64,000 nucleotides of DNA, taken from positions 4,960,001-5,024,000 of the forward strand of contig OZ220744.1 of the NCBI GenBank assembly GCA_965116925.1. The letters are read 5' to 3'. The position numbers and the translations under genes were made by a program. This document shows, piece by piece, positions 1 to 11,142 of this stretch. Position 1 is the stretch's first letter. Each line of letters opens with the position of its first letter. Source of the stretch: Candidatus Poribacteria bacterium (GTDB lineage: Bacteria; Poribacteria; WGA-4E; PCPOR2b). The notes under the pieces were generated by a model. The model did no database searches. It saw only the letters and a list, made by a program, of their open reading frames with translations, and was not told the DNA's origin.

Positions 1-1142
1 ATTGAAAATGAGTACACAGATTTACCCGTTTCGATGCGAATCTGCTCCCCGCCATTTTCTGTCGGTCGCATCTGCGGCGTATAGGATGCGTTTATATAAA
101 TCCCGCTAATCTGCAGGCCAAGCCCCAATGTCAGCCCTTCAGTCTTCCAGAGTCTATCCTCAAACTCCATTTGTTCAGTTCCGAGATCAAGGATTGAACC
201 GAATCGCTTTTCGGTGTGACGCAGATAACCTATCCGTCCACCGATGAAATCACGATACCAGACAGTTCCATCAAAGTTGGTTCGGACACCATCTTCAAAG
301 GGTGGGTTCAGATCCAAGCCAATCAGGATATCTACATTGTTATAATGGAACTGGTAACTCCCGCCCAGAAGGACATCCCGACGGATCTTATCGGGAATGG
401 AGTTATCAGTAAACGATAATCCGTTGCTCAAGTTTCTAATCACGCCACCGATTCGGAGGTGTTCTCCAAACTGCTGGATCAGCCCTAAATTATAGGCATA
501 ACCGTGCCCGATATGCCGGTTATTCTCAGCATCCTGTACTTTAGATCGCAGCCACCTGGCATCAGCACCGATAGCGAAATCTCGAAACAGTTTAACCGCA
601 TAACTAACTCCAATCGCAAAGTCAGTTTCAGGAAAACTGTTCGTCGCTTTTCCAAGGTGATTAACGCGGCTGAATCGTCCCTCATGTCCGACCGCGAAAT
701 CGAGCCCAAAGCCGCCTGCTGCCCCCAAAGGCTTGCTGTAGTTTATAAACTCAAGTCCTGAGGCATGCATCGCGTACTGACCGTGGTCTTCGTATCGTTC
801 AAGCTCGTTCAATTTTGCAGTAACGGCAACAGTGCGTGGAAACCGTGAAACGTTTGTGATGAGACGGTTGCTATTGATGAAACTAAGCCCGGCAGGATTG
901 CTGTTAAGGGCATTTGTCCCTAAAATTGAACTGCCAAAGTTGTCCCCCATCCTCAGATGCTTTGCTGATGCAAGCCTTCTGAGAAACGTATTTGTTGATG
1001 CGTAAAAATCTTCGTTGATCGCTTGGGCTGAAGCAGGATTTTCCCCACCGAAGAGAAATAGCAGTGTGATGAGTATGATTGCCAAGCTGCGTATTGCGTA
1101 AAACGTGAGAGGTGAAAAATAGTAAGATTGGTTCTTATTCAT
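1..1142 (-). CDS. PorV/PorQ/FadL-like outer-membrane beta-barrel protein (runs off the window start)
   Basis: Not in the ORF track. Translated by hand from ATG at 1142: MNKNQSYY..., a signal peptide ending NPASA, an 'NPAGL' motif, then alternating beta-strands (FAIGVSYA, YAYNLGLI, LLGGSY, LTLGLGL). Open to position 1. Confidence 0.7.
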   Translation of the reverse strand, partial: MNKNQSYYFSPLTFYAIRSLAIILITLLFLFGGENPASAQAINEDFYASTNTFLRRLASAKHLRMGDNFGSSILGTNALNSNPAGLSFINSNRLITNVSRFPRTVAVTAKLNELERYEDHGQYAMHASGLEFINYSKPLGAAGGFGLDFAVGHEGRFSRVNHLGKATNSFPETDFAIGVSYAVKLFRDFAIGADARWLRSKVQDAENNRHIGHGYAYNLGLIQQFGEHLRIGGVIRNLSNGLSFTDNSIPDKIRRDVLLGGSYQFHYNNVDILIGLDLNPPFEDGVRTNFDGTVWYRDFIGGRIGYLRHTEKRFGSILDLGTEQMEFEDRLWKTEGLTLGLGLQISGIYINASYTPQMRPTENGGEQIRIETGKSVYSFS

Positions 1143-1268
1143 ATTTAGAGCTGTTTACAAGGAGGTATTTTTACACAGACTTCCAACCTATTGACCTAAA
1201 CAATGTCAATGCTGACCTCTATAATCAATTTTCGTCTGTTGGGCTTTTGATTTGTTGTACGTAAACAA

Positions 1269-2129
1269 TCAAATCTTCAGTTTTTTAGTAGGGATTTTAA
1301 TTTCTGCGCGATGAATCGCATCTGTCATTTGAGCAACCTGACATATTGCCTTTACATCGTGTACGCGAACGACATCGGCGCCGTGGGCAATCGCCCACAC
1401 GACTGTCGCAGCAGTGCCTTCCAACCGATCATCTGGATTGGGCAGATTAAGAATCTTCCCAATGAACGATTTTCTGGAAGTACCAATAAGGATGGGTTTA
1501 TCTAGGCTCTGAAACGCATCAAGACAGCGTAAAATCTCCAGATTATGCTCGGCGGTTTTACCAAATCCGATACCGGGGTCAATCATAATTCGATCGGGAC
1601 AGACTCCCTCCGCCTGCGCTTTATCAACGCGTTGTCGAAGAAAAGCCAAAATTTCAGGAATGAGGTCGCGATAGACTGGCGAGCGCTGCATTGTGCGGGG
1701 AACCCCTTTCATGTGCATGAGAATCAGCCCGGCATCCATCTCCGCAACCACTCTCGCCATATCTCCATCACTCAGCGCTGTAATATCGTTGACAATATTC
1801 GCGCCTGCTTGAAGCGCACCGCGTGCGACCACAGGTTTATAGGTGTCAATTGAAAGCAGCACTTCCGTTCTGTTTGCAAGGGCTTCAATCACTGGTAAGA
1901 CACGGGCTAACTCTTCATCTGCGGAGACAGGTAAGGCTCCCGGGCGAGAAGATTCACCGCCAATGTCAATAATATCCGCGCCATCCTCGATCATCTGATA
2001 GGCGTAGGCAATGGCACGGTTGGCATCAAGGTAGCGACCACCGTCAGAAAAGGAGTCGGGGGTGACGTTGAGGATGCCCATAATCCATGTACGTTCCCCG
2101 AAAGTAAGCGATTTTTCTCGGCAATTCAT
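1269..2129 (-). CDS. folP: dihydropteroate synthase
   Basis: IMGILNVTPDSFSDGG, DIGGESSRPG, DPGIGFGK, GTSRKSF and RVHDV motifs; overlaps the ftsH stop. Confidence 0.97.
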   Translation of the reverse strand: MNCREKSLTFGERTWIMGILNVTPDSFSDGGRYLDANRAIAYAYQMIEDGADIIDIGGESSRPGALPVSADEELARVLPVIEALANRTEVLLSIDTYKPVVARGALQAGANIVNDITALSDGDMARVVAEMDAGLILMHMKGVPRTMQRSPVYRDLIPEILAFLRQRVDKAQAEGVCPDRIMIDPGIGFGKTAEHNLEILRCLDAFQSLDKPILIGTSRKSFIGKILNLPNPDDRLEGTAATVVWAIAHGADVVRVHDVKAICQVAQMTDAIHRAEIKIPTKKLKI

Positions 2130-4018
2130 GATGCAATCGGAGAAGTTTGGGGACGGGGCCCAAGGATTTCTTCAATATCTTCTGTGATAAGTGTTTCGCG
2201 TTCGAGCAACTCATCAGCGAGCTTCTTCAGCCCATCAAGATTTATTTCAATGAGGTTTCTCGCTCGATTATAGCACTCCATAACAATGCTATGAACAGCT
2301 TCATCAATTTCAATTGCTGTCTTGTCGCTATAATCTTGGTGATGTGCAATCTCTTTGCCCAAAAAGACCTGCTCTTCACGTCGTCCGAAGGAGAGTGGTC
2401 CAAGATCGCTCATGCCCCATTGCGTGACCATCTTACGGGCAATATCGGTCGCCTGTTCAAAATCGTTCTGTGCCCCGGTGGTCAATTCACCAAAGATCAG
2501 TTCTTCAGCGACACGTCCACCGAGCGCGGTGGTAATACTGCCAAGGAGATATTTTTTGTTGAAGTTACGACGTTCTCGAATAGGAAGTGCTACCGAAACA
2601 CCCAGCGATCGCCCCCGAGGAATAATGGTGGCTTTATAGTTCGGGTCATTTTCGGGGATAACATGTCGTAACAAGGCATGTCCCGCCTCATGGTATGCGG
2701 TGACCCGTCTATCATCGTCATTGATGACAAGACTACGGCGTTCGGGTCCCATTAGCACACGGTCTTTGGCTTCATCAAAGAAAATCATTTCAACGGTATC
2801 TTTGTCCTCTTTGGCTGCAAGCAAGGCGGCTTCGTTCACCATATTTTCGATATCGGCTCCTGAAAAGTAGGGGGTCGCCTTTGCGAGTCTCTCCAAGTCC
2901 ACATCTGGGTCCGTTTCAATGTTCGCTGTATGGACTTTGAAAATATCTTCACGCCCTTTAACATCAGGAAGGTCAACAACAATTTGGCGATCGAAACGCC
3001 CCGGTCGGAGGAGTGCCGGATCTAACACATCGGGGCGGTTTGTTGCAGCAATGAGGATAACGCCCTCGGAAGTGTCGAACCCGTCCATCTCCACGAGAAG
3101 CTGGTTTAAGGTCTGTTCGCGCTCATCATGCCCACCACCGATGCCTGCGCCACGATGTCGTCCAACAGCATCCAACTCGTCAATAAAGATGATACACGGT
3201 GCATTTTTCTTGCCCGTCTCAAACAGATCGCGGACGCGGGAAGCACCGACCCCTACGAACATTTCAACAAAATCGGATCCACTGATACTATAAAATGGAA
3301 CATTGGCTTCCCCGGCGACGGCACGCGCAAGTAAGGTCTTTCCGGTGCCCGGCGGTCCCATTAACAGGACTCCTTTGGGGATACGTCCACCCAGTCTCTG
3401 AAATTTCTTCGGATCTTTCAGGAACTGGATGACTTCTTCTAGTCCTTCCTTTGCCTCATCACAGCCAGCGACATTGGCAAAGGTAATCTTCAATTCGCTT
3501 TCAGAGTGGAGTCGCGCGCGGCTTCTTCCGAACGATAACGCTCGATTGCCTGTGCCTTGCATCTGTCTTGAAATGAAAATCATAATCCCTAGGAAGAGCA
3601 GGATTGGCAAGATTGTCGAGCCGAAGATCACAATCCACTGGGGAACAGCCGATGAACGTTCATTATCAAATGGAATTTGATACTCAATAAGTTTTTCTTG
3701 AAGTGGGTATTCAGAGTAAACGTCACGACTGGTCCGAAATTCCTGAAACGTTGTGGATTCTCCTCCACCTCTGTGCATTTCATCATCTAGTAGAACGTGT
3801 TGTGGCTCTCTGAATTTTCCTTTAATCCACTCTTTACCGATTTCGATTTTTCCTTCAAATAGGTCCTTGCTATTTGGTTGTCGAAGATAGGCATAAAATT
3901 CTGATGCCGCAAGCTGATGTACCTTGTCCTTACCTGAACTTAAAAAGTGGTACATAGCATAGGCAACAAATGACGCCATAATCAACCAAACCACAATGCT
4001 TCTCGCACTCTTATTCAC
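2126..4018 (-). CDS. ftsH: ATP-dependent zinc metalloprotease FtsH
   Basis: Two TM segments, GPPGTGKT Walker A, IIFIDELD Walker [24 protein letters not shown] zinc motif. Confidence 0.98.
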   Translation of the reverse strand: MNKSARSIVVWLIMASFVAYAMYHFLSSGKDKVHQLAASEFYAYLRQPNSKDLFEGKIEIGKEWIKGKFREPQHVLLDDEMHRGGGESTTFQEFRTSRDVYSEYPLQEKLIEYQIPFDNERSSAVPQWIVIFGSTILPILLFLGIMIFISRQMQGTGNRALSFGRSRARLHSESELKITFANVAGCDEAKEGLEEVIQFLKDPKKFQRLGGRIPKGVLLMGPPGTGKTLLARAVAGEANVPFYSISGSDFVEMFVGVGASRVRDLFETGKKNAPCIIFIDELDAVGRHRGAGIGGGHDEREQTLNQLLVEMDGFDTSEGVILIAATNRPDVLDPALLRPGRFDRQIVVDLPDVKGREDIFKVHTANIETDPDVDLERLAKATPYFSGADIENMVNEAALLAAKEDKDTVEMIFFDEAKDRVLMGPERRSLVINDDDRRVTAYHEAGHALLRHVIPENDPNYKATIIPRGRSLGVSVALPIRERRNFNKKYLLGSITTALGGRVAEELIFGELTTGAQNDFEQATDIARKMVTQWGMSDLGPLSFGRREEQVFLGKEIAHHQDYSDKTAIEIDEAVHSIVMECYNRARNLIEINLDGLKKLADELLERETLITEDIEEILGPRPQTSPIAS

Positions 4019-4230
4019 AGCACTTAACCTCTCTTCTATGTCTACAAAAAATTCCGGATGATACTTAGGTAGTGACGTTTCTTGATGGCTAAAAGTTTAT
4101 TTGTCTTTTATCAATAGCCACTCTATCATTCCGCGCAGTTGAAGTATAACAAATGTATTGCCAAATATCAAGTAAGATTCCACTATCAACAATCCTTGCT
4201 TTCCAAAGAGGGTACTAGGCAAATTTAATC

Positions 4231-4260
4231 CGTAGGGAACGCAGATCTGCGTTCCCTACG
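4231..4260. repeat. perfect 30-bp palindrome, GTAG-type REP-like element
   Basis: cgtagggaacgcaga|tctgcgttccctacg is its own reverse complement and lies in an intergenic region. Confidence 0.75.
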
Positions 4261-4299
4261 TTTTGAAGATCCAGGGGGGTCAGTAAGCGCACGAACTCC

Positions 4300-5268
4300 T
4301 TATGGTACAATCGCTAGCGCACGAACTTCGCCGAATTCATGTGAAAGCTTAGACCATGACGCACCGTCATCGGTGCTGCGGAAAAGCTGACCGTTGACGC
4401 TACAAGCGAACAACCAGCCGGGCACCTCCGGCTGACGTGCCAAACACCAGATTGTGCTGTTGGCTGTCAGTCCAAGATTTGCGCGTTCCCACGATTTGCC
4501 GAGGTTATCGGTGTAGAACAACCCGCCCTCATCTCCGGGGGGACCATTTCCCGCTCCAATATAAACTCGACCTGTGCCATTCATAGGCACATACATCGCT
4601 GCTCGACAGTAGGGCCAGGGGAACCCGTCCCCGACACTGAGCGGCATCCATTCGTTCATGTCTGTCGTAACGCATACATCGTTATTTGTCGCGGCAACGA
4701 GTGCTTTGGGATCGCCGGGGACAACCGTCAACCCGTGAATGTCAAGGCTGCTTAACCCCTCACTTCGCTCTACCCATGTCTCGCCGCCATCGGTGGAGAG
4801 ACGTAGTCCGTCAATCTCAATACCTGCATAGATGGTCTGGTCATCCTCCGGATCAATTGAGATCGACGTTACGCGCGGTATGATTGGCACACCCTCACAC
4901 TCTTCAGCCAACTCAACATCCAACTGGTTCCACGTATCTCCGCCATCGCTTGATTTGAACAGGGCGGACGGACAGGTGCCTGCGTAGAGGACATCAGGGT
5001 TATTAGGATTGATTGCAATCGCCCAGATTTGCAGTCCATCCATAGGAGAATTGATCTGTTCCCAATTATCCCCGCCATTTTGTGTGCGGAAAACGCCGGT
5101 TTCTGTTCCTGCAAAGAGGATTGACGAATCGTTAGGATTTGCAGCGAGGGCGCGAATATCTGCTTCCGGGAACATTCCGCTACTTGCTCGATCCCATGAA
5201 TCACCACCATCATTGCTGCGCCATACACTTTGACCTACTGTTCCTGCGTAAAAAGTTGGTGTTGCCAT
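4300..5268 (-). CDS. BNR/Asp-box (sortilin/VPS10-like) beta-propeller protein
   Basis: Repeated S/T-x-D-G-G-x-x-W Asp-boxes; GGAGG RBS upstream. Confidence 0.85.
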   Translation of the reverse strand: MATPTFYAGTVGQSVWRSNDGGDSWDRASSGMFPEADIRALAANPNDSSILFAGTETGVFRTQNGGDNWEQINSPMDGLQIWAIAINPNNPDVLYAGTCPSALFKSSDGGDTWNQLDVELAEECEGVPIIPRVTSISIDPEDDQTIYAGIEIDGLRLSTDGGETWVERSEGLSSLDIHGLTVVPGDPKALVAATNNDVCVTTDMNEWMPLSVGDGFPWPYCRAAMYVPMNGTGRVYIGAGNGPPGDEGGLFYTDNLGKSWERANLGLTANSTIWCLARQPEVPGWLFACSVNGQLFRSTDDGASWSKLSHEFGEVRALAIVP

Positions 5269-5357
5269 GTGTAACCTCCTTGAATCGTAAAGCGTGATGC
5301 GTAAAAGGAAAACGAGAGAACCTATCGTTTAAGCACTGTTTCTGTTTGTTTCAACAT

Positions 5358-7151
5358 CTACTCGTTGTGTCTTTTTACTTCACCGGATCCGACCGATTCC
5401 CCCAAGAAGAAAATCTCCCATCGGACGCTTTCAGGGGTGACCTCCGGAGACAGATAAAGCGAATATGTGTAAATAGCTCCATCTTGCACAACTTTCATTG
5501 GGGCTGCTGATATAATGGATTCTGCATTTTGCGCGACCGTGATTTGTGGCGGACTTCCACCAATTGATTGGTTTGGAACAGCGATGATATCCCAATATCT
5601 TGGATGAACGGGATTAGGCAAGACTGTTGCGTCAAACTCTACCTTTTCAATAATCTGCTGTGCGCCATAAGCGTAAGATGAGACACTGTGTCCTGATAAA
5701 TCTTGCTCGGGTTGGACGCTTGGGATGAGCGTAACTTTCCCGACAACCTGCCCAAAATCTAGGATAAGTAGACTCCCTTCTCCCATCTCAGTCAACGACA
5801 TATCGTGTACTGTCATCGGCTGTTCGCCTTGAAACTCAACTGCTTTGACATCGTAAGGGAGACGGTCATCGCCTGCAAAGGAAAGGCTCAAACTACCATT
5901 TCCTGCCCTAGGGTAGAAGGGGATATAGTCTGATGAATAGCTAGCAAGTACATTGTTTTCGACAGACACAGGATATGAACGATGCTCCCGGTGGTGACGG
6001 AGCTTTAGTTGCTCATTCTGATAACCGTATCGCCCATCGGCAAATTCGGTATCATCTAGATAATTTGCGACCTTCCAATCGGCATAGATAGCAGAGAAGG
6101 TTGCTTCTACACCGCGCGAGTGCAAGGCGTTATTGATGCCGGAGATTCCGTTTGCCCGATCTTTCACGATTGCGGCGATCGTTTGTGGACCACCGTAGTG
6201 TTCATGGAGATAGAGCATCCATAAGTACACCGCACCGTAATGGGCGAGTTGGCTGTGTGCTCCTTGAGGCCAATCTATTAGCGAGATACGCGGATTCTGT
6301 TGAAATGATGAGATATGACCTGTTACGTGGTATCCACAAACGAACATAGCATATTCAGCACAACCTTCATTGACCCAGATTGCTTCATCTGCATCATGTC
6401 GCCAGTGGATGAGATGTTCAAATTCGTGGGCGAGCACACCGAACGCTTTCTCGCTTCCTGCGTTTAGGGGATCGGTGTCCAGATAGAGCATATCAAGTTC
6501 ATTGCTACGCACTGGAATACCTATCTCCGGGTGTCTCAGAACGCCTCGGTGCTGGTTCACCGGGCTAAAAAATCCTGCGACGAAATTGCTGCCTCGTGTC
6601 GCTTTATCACGAATGTCCAATAAAAGCAGATAGATCCGCTTATCGCCATCAATATCCGGCGGTGGGCCAAAAAGTTCTGTTTCGATTTCATAGATGCCAC
6701 GATTCGGATCCGCCGGTGTCGCATCATCAAATGCACGGCGCACTGAACGAACTGTTTCTTCATTCACCGTCTGCAACCACTGCGAATCCTCAACGAAGAC
6801 GTAACAGAATTCTCCAATCGCTCGCAATGTGGACTGCACAATATATTGTTCGTGGGTATTAAAATTGACTGAGAAAAAGTCCTTGCGATCTCCGAGTGCC
6901 AGTTGAGGCGCGTTTGGTTGAGCAGGTGCAGAAGGGACTTCAGGCGCATCTTTGAGGAGGGGACCGAAGTGTTCATAAAAATAGGGAGTGCCATCGATCC
7001 AACCATAAGCGGTTGACACTCCCAACAGAACGTAAAGCGTAATACATGAAACGTAATACGTGAAACGTGAAACAGATTTTCTATTCCACATCGCCTGAAT
7101 AAACGCATGAATTAATGAACTCATGAACGTACCACTTCCCCATTTTCTCAT
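5358..7151 (-). CDS. secreted zinc metallopeptidase (M30/M6 immune-inhibitor-like); true start may be 7124 or 7091
   Basis: LAHEFEHLIH zincin motif followed by WVNEG..E; DIDGD.RIY motif; signal peptide ending STAYG. Confidence 0.75.
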   Translation of the reverse strand: MRKWGSGTFMSSLIHAFIQAMWNRKSVSRFTYYVSCITLYVLLGVSTAYGWIDGTPYFYEHFGPLLKDAPEVPSAPAQPNAPQLALGDRKDFFSVNFNTHEQYIVQSTLRAIGEFCYVFVEDSQWLQTVNEETVRSVRRAFDDATPADPNRGIYEIETELFGPPPDIDGDKRIYLLLLDIRDKATRGSNFVAGFFSPVNQHRGVLRHPEIGIPVRSNELDMLYLDTDPLNAGSEKAFGVLAHEFEHLIHWRHDADEAIWVNEGCAEYAMFVCGYHVTGHISSFQQNPRISLIDWPQGAHSQLAHYGAVYLWMLYLHEHYGGPQTIAAIVKDRANGISGINNALHSRGVEATFSAIYADWKVANYLDDTEFADGRYGYQNEQLKLRHHREHRSYPVSVENNVLASYSSDYIPFYPRAGNGSLSLSFAGDDRLPYDVKAVEFQGEQPMTVHDMSLTEMGEGSLLILDFGQVVGKVTLIPSVQPEQDLSGHSVSSYAYGAQQIIEKVEFDATVLPNPVHPRYWDIIAVPNQSIGGSPPQITVAQNAESIISAAPMKVVQDGAIYTYSLYLSPEVTPESVRWEIFFLGESVGSGEVKRHNE

Positions 7152-7177
7152 TTCTCCAGTTCCTCATTTTGCGGAGT

Positions 7178-8623
7178 TCACTCCTGTCCATGCTTTTTTA
7201 GTTTCTCCAGAATCGCGGTATTACCCGGTGATAGCTGAATCGCTTTTTGCCACGCTGCAACCGCTTCTTTCTTGAGTCCTTTTTTTAGGTAAACCTCCCC
7301 CAGATGATCTTGGACTTCTACGCTATCCGGCATGTGGATAACCGCTTTTTTGAGTTGCTTCAATGCGTCATTCAACTTGCCCTGCTTGAAATATGCCCAA
7401 CCGAGGCTATCCAAATAGGCACCATTTGCTGGAGATTTTTTCAAAGCTTTCTGGATTAGTCTTACAGCTTCATCTAAGTTGGTTCCAAGCTCGGCAAAAA
7501 AATATCCGAGCGCGTTGTAGGCCTCCTCACGTTCCGGTGAGAGTGCAATTGTTGTTCTGAGATAGTGTTCCGCTTGTTCAAAATTTCCAATCTCTTGATA
7601 AGCAATTCCGAGCCAGTAGTTTGCGTCAGGGTTATTGGGAGTTGTTTCTAACACTTCTTCTAAAAGCTCAATTGCCTCGTTCTCCCGTTCCAATACAACG
7701 TAGAGACTTCCAAGACGTGCACGAAATTGTGCTAGCAAATCGTTGTCGTAGTTGGCTCTGTGGTTAGCAGGTGGGGCTAGTCGTCGCAGTTGAGAATAAG
7801 AGTGAATTGCTTTCTGGAGGTTTTCTGCCGCAGCCTCTAACTGATCTTCTTGATATAACCGATCATGCTGCTCAACACACAATTTCCACAGTGCGTCATG
7901 CCCCCGCCATAGGTCGCGGTCGATTTTGATTGCACGCTCGTAAGCGGTGATTGCTTCCTGCTTATCCCCCAACTGGTTATAGAGGCTACCCAATCGTAAA
8001 TAATATGTCGGCTGATAGGGCATGATACGAATCAACTCTTTGAAAGCATTGGCGGCAGACTCGTAGTCTCCCGTCTGCTCTGCAATTTCCCCAAGGTAGA
8101 TGTACGCACTGAATGGCCGTCCATTTTTTTCAAATCCGTAATGGTCGGGATCCAGTTCGACGACTTTCTGGAAGGTCGAAACAATATCGCTCCATTTATC
8201 TTTGTGCTTTGCGTCTCCGTATCGCCAGATCATAACCTGCCCTAGCAGGTAATAGGGTATTGGCTTTTCGGGGGCAATTTCAATGGCTCTGCGGCAGTGC
8301 TGCTCCGCAGTTGGGAGGTCGAACACCTCCATGCTAAGGCTCGCCAGTTGAGTATGGACAAAGGCGGAAGTCTCATGTTCGCGCAGAATCTGCTGATACC
8401 CTTTTTTTGCAGGAAACAATTTGGTTGTTACCCGGAGATAGGTGGCGGCAATCAAATGGGCATAAACCTGCTTCGCACGCTTATATTCGGGACGTAATGA
8501 ATTATCAACGATCTGAACATTGTCCACGGTTGACTCTGATGCTGCCGCGTCAGAAGCGTTGAGGTGTGCATTTAAATTCATCACTATCAGGGTAGCAAGT
8601 GCTATCGCCGATAAACGTATCAC
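7178..8623 (-). CDS. exported tetratricopeptide-repeat protein
   Basis: Signal peptide, multiple TPRs, C-terminal NALGY...YLDSLGW..HLGE motifs. Confidence 0.85.
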   Translation of the reverse strand: MIRLSAIALATLIVMNLNAHLNASDAAASESTVDNVQIVDNSLRPEYKRAKQVYAHLIAATYLRVTTKLFPAKKGYQQILREHETSAFVHTQLASLSMEVFDLPTAEQHCRRAIEIAPEKPIPYYLLGQVMIWRYGDAKHKDKWSDIVSTFQKVVELDPDHYGFEKNGRPFSAYIYLGEIAEQTGDYESAANAFKELIRIMPYQPTYYLRLGSLYNQLGDKQEAITAYERAIKIDRDLWRGHDALWKLCVEQHDRLYQEDQLEAAAENLQKAIHSYSQLRRLAPPANHRANYDNDLLAQFRARLGSLYVVLERENEAIELLEEVLETTPNNPDANYWLGIAYQEIGNFEQAEHYLRTTIALSPEREEAYNALGYFFAELGTNLDEAVRLIQKALKKSPANGAYLDSLGWAYFKQGKLNDALKQLKKAVIHMPDSVEVQDHLGEVYLKKGLKKEAVAAWQKAIQLSPGNTAILEKLKKHGQE

Positions 8624-8646
8624 ATTAAGACCTTTCTATAGGAAAC

Positions 8647-11127
8647 CTATCGACTTTTGTCAACTTCGGGTTTGTCATCATTTTGGACTTCGTCACCATT
8701 TTGGGAGATCTTTCCAACATCAACAACACTCTCCTCCTTCCGCAAGGACATCAAACGCACGCCCTGCGTATTTCTCCCGATTGTGCGGACATCGTTGACT
8801 GCCATGCGTGTCACCATACCGTTTGAATTCACAATAATCAACTCGTCATCGTTCGACACCATTTTCATTGCTACAACGGGCCCGTTACGGGTGCTTGTTT
8901 TAATCGCAATCACACCTTTTCCTGCCCGTCCCTGCAAACGATAATTCGCCAACAAGGTACGTTTACCATAACCGTTTTCCGTCACAACTAACACGGTCTC
9001 GCTCTCATCAGCCGCAGCAACCATACCGACAACGAAATCGTCCTGTGCCAAACGGATTCCACGAACCCCCGCTGCGGTCCGTCCCATCCTGCGAACCTCT
9101 CCTTCATTGAATCGGATAGATAGCCCAGATCGGGTGACCAGCAAGATATTGTGATCGCCTTCGGTCAAATTCACTCCAATAAGTTTGTCACCTTCGTCGA
9201 GATTGATCGCAATAATACCGGCAGAATATGGCCGACTAAAGACTTCAAGGCTGCATTTCTTGACAACGCCTTTCTCCGTTGCCATAAAAACAGACCGCTC
9301 TTCATCAAACTCGCGCACCGGTACAAACGCTGTGATCTTCTCGCCGTTTTCTATCCGTAGCAGATTGACAATTGCCTGCCCCGATGCAGTACGACTCCGT
9401 TCTGGAATTTCAAAGACTTTCAGCCAATAACATTTGCCGCGATCGGTAAAGAAGAGGATATATTGATGGGCTGATGCGATAAAGACATGTTCGGGATAAT
9501 CTCCTTCCTTGCTCTGCATCCCGATCACCCCAACCCCGCCTCGATGTTGACGACGATAGGTGGTAATTGGCACTCGCTTGATATAACCTTCGTGAGAAAT
9601 AGCGACAATCATCTCTTCATCAGCGATGAGGTCTTCAATCTCAAACTCGGTCACTGCATCAACGATTTTGGTTCGTCGTTCGTCAGCGTATTTGGCTTTT
9701 AGTTCTAATAATTCCTCTTTGATAATGTTAGTAATAAGGATTTCACTATCAAGGATTGTCCGCAACTCTTCAATCTGTTCGAGAAGGTTTGCGTACTCAT
9801 CATTAATTTTCTGCCGTTCCAGCCCTGTCAATTGGCGGAGCGTCATGGTTAAAATTTCACTCGCTTGCACCTCTGAAAGGTCATAGTTCTCGATTAATAG
9901 GTTTCGGGCATCTTCTGGAGATTCAGCAGTTTGAACGGTGTCGATTACATCTTCAATGTTGTTTAAGGCGATGCGATATCCTTCCAGAATATGTGCTCGC
10001 CGTTCACAGACATCAAGATCGTATTGAGTCCGACGGCGGATGACCTCTCGACGATGTTCAAGGTAGTAACTCATGATCTCCGTCAGAGACAGCACCTTGG
10101 GCAACCCGTCAACGAGGCATAGCATAATAGCGCTGTAGTTGGTTTGCATCTGCGTATGCTTATACAACTGATTCAAGATTACTTGTGCAATCTCACCCCG
10201 TTTGAGTTCAACAATGACCCGTATCTCTTGGTCTGATTCATCGCGGATATCGGAGATTCCTGTGATTGTTTTACTAGCGACCAGATCATACATCTTCTGA
10301 AGCAACTGGTTCTTTTTGACTTGGTATGGAATCTCTGTGATGAGGATATGCTCCCTACCCTCCCTCGTTCGCTCAATAACCGCTTTTCCTCGGACGGTGA
10401 TTGAACCTCTGCCAGTGGCGTATATGTCACGAATACCGGCGCGCCCAACAATCTCGGCTGCTGTCGGGAAGTCGGGACCAGGGATATGCGTCATGAGGTC
10501 TTCAAGCGTTGCTTCTGGATTCTCCAGCAATAGAATTAACCCATCAACGATTTCCCCCAAGTTATGCGGCGGAATTCGTGTTAGGTATCCCACACCAATA
10601 CCGGTTGTGCCGTTAACCAGCAAGTTTGGTAACCGCGCCGGAAGGACTGTTGGTTCGGTCGTCGATTCCTTGTAGTTGGGCTGAAAGTCAACGGTATTTT
10701 TGTGGATGTCAGCTAACATCTCATCTGCGATTCGCATCAAACGGCACTCTGTGTAGCGCATCGCTCCCGGTGGGTCATCATCAATCGACCCAAAATTCCC
10801 CTGTCCATACACCAAAGGGTAACGCATGGCAAACTCTTGAACCAATCCAACCAACGTATCGTAGATTGGACCATCGCCGTGCGGATGGAAGTTCTTCATG
10901 ACCTCGCCAACGACAGCCGCACACTTGTCGGTGGAACGACCTGCCGTGAGATTCATCTCTCCCATAGCATAGAGGATGCGTCGCGTGCTGGGTTTCAATC
11001 CATCTCTCAGGTCAGGAATCGCCCGGTTGGTGTTGACACTCATCGCATAGGTGAGGTAAGATTCCCTTAACTCATCCTCAATATATCGCGTGACAATATT
11101 AGTATTTTCATCGTTTCGTGTTAGCAC
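8647..11127 (-). CDS. gyrA: DNA gyrase subunit A
   Basis: DGLKP, HPHGD, catalytic AMRYTE, GyrA-box QHRGGVG, C-terminal pinwheel repeats. Confidence 0.98.
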   Translation of the reverse strand: MLTRNDENTNIVTRYIEDELRESYLTYAMSVNTNRAIPDLRDGLKPSTRRILYAMGEMNLTAGRSTDKCAAVVGEVMKNFHPHGDGPIYDTLVGLVQEFAMRYPLVYGQGNFGSIDDDPPGAMRYTECRLMRIADEMLADIHKNTVDFQPNYKESTTEPTVLPARLPNLLVNGTTGIGVGYLTRIPPHNLGEIVDGLILLLENPEATLEDLMTHIPGPDFPTAAEIVGRAGIRDIYATGRGSITVRGKAVIERTREGREHILITEIPYQVKKNQLLQKMYDLVASKTITGISDIRDESDQEIRVIVELKRGEIAQVILNQLYKHTQMQTNYSAIMLCLVDGLPKVLSLTEIMSYYLEHRREVIRRRTQYDLDVCERRAHILEGYRIALNNIEDVIDTVQTAESPEDARNLLIENYDLSEVQASEILTMTLRQLTGLERQKINDEYANLLEQIEELRTILDSEILITNIIKEELLELKAKYADERRTKIVDAVTEFEIEDLIADEEMIVAISHEGYIKRVPITTYRRQHRGGVGVIGMQSKEGDYPEHVFIASAHQYILFFTDRGKCYWLKVFEIPERSRTASGQAIVNLLRIENGEKITAFVPVREFDEERSVFMATEKGVVKKCSLEVFSRPYSAGIIAINLDEGDKLIGVNLTEGDHNILLVTRSGLSIRFNEGEVRRMGRTAAGVRGIRLAQDDFVVGMVAAADESETVLVVTENGYGKRTLLANYRLQGRAGKGVIAIKTSTRNGPVVAMKMVSNDDELIIVNSNGMVTRMAVNDVRTIGRNTQGVRLMSLRKEESVVDVGKISQNGDEVQNDDKPEVDKSR

Positions 11128-11142
11128 GTTCTGCCCGTCCTT

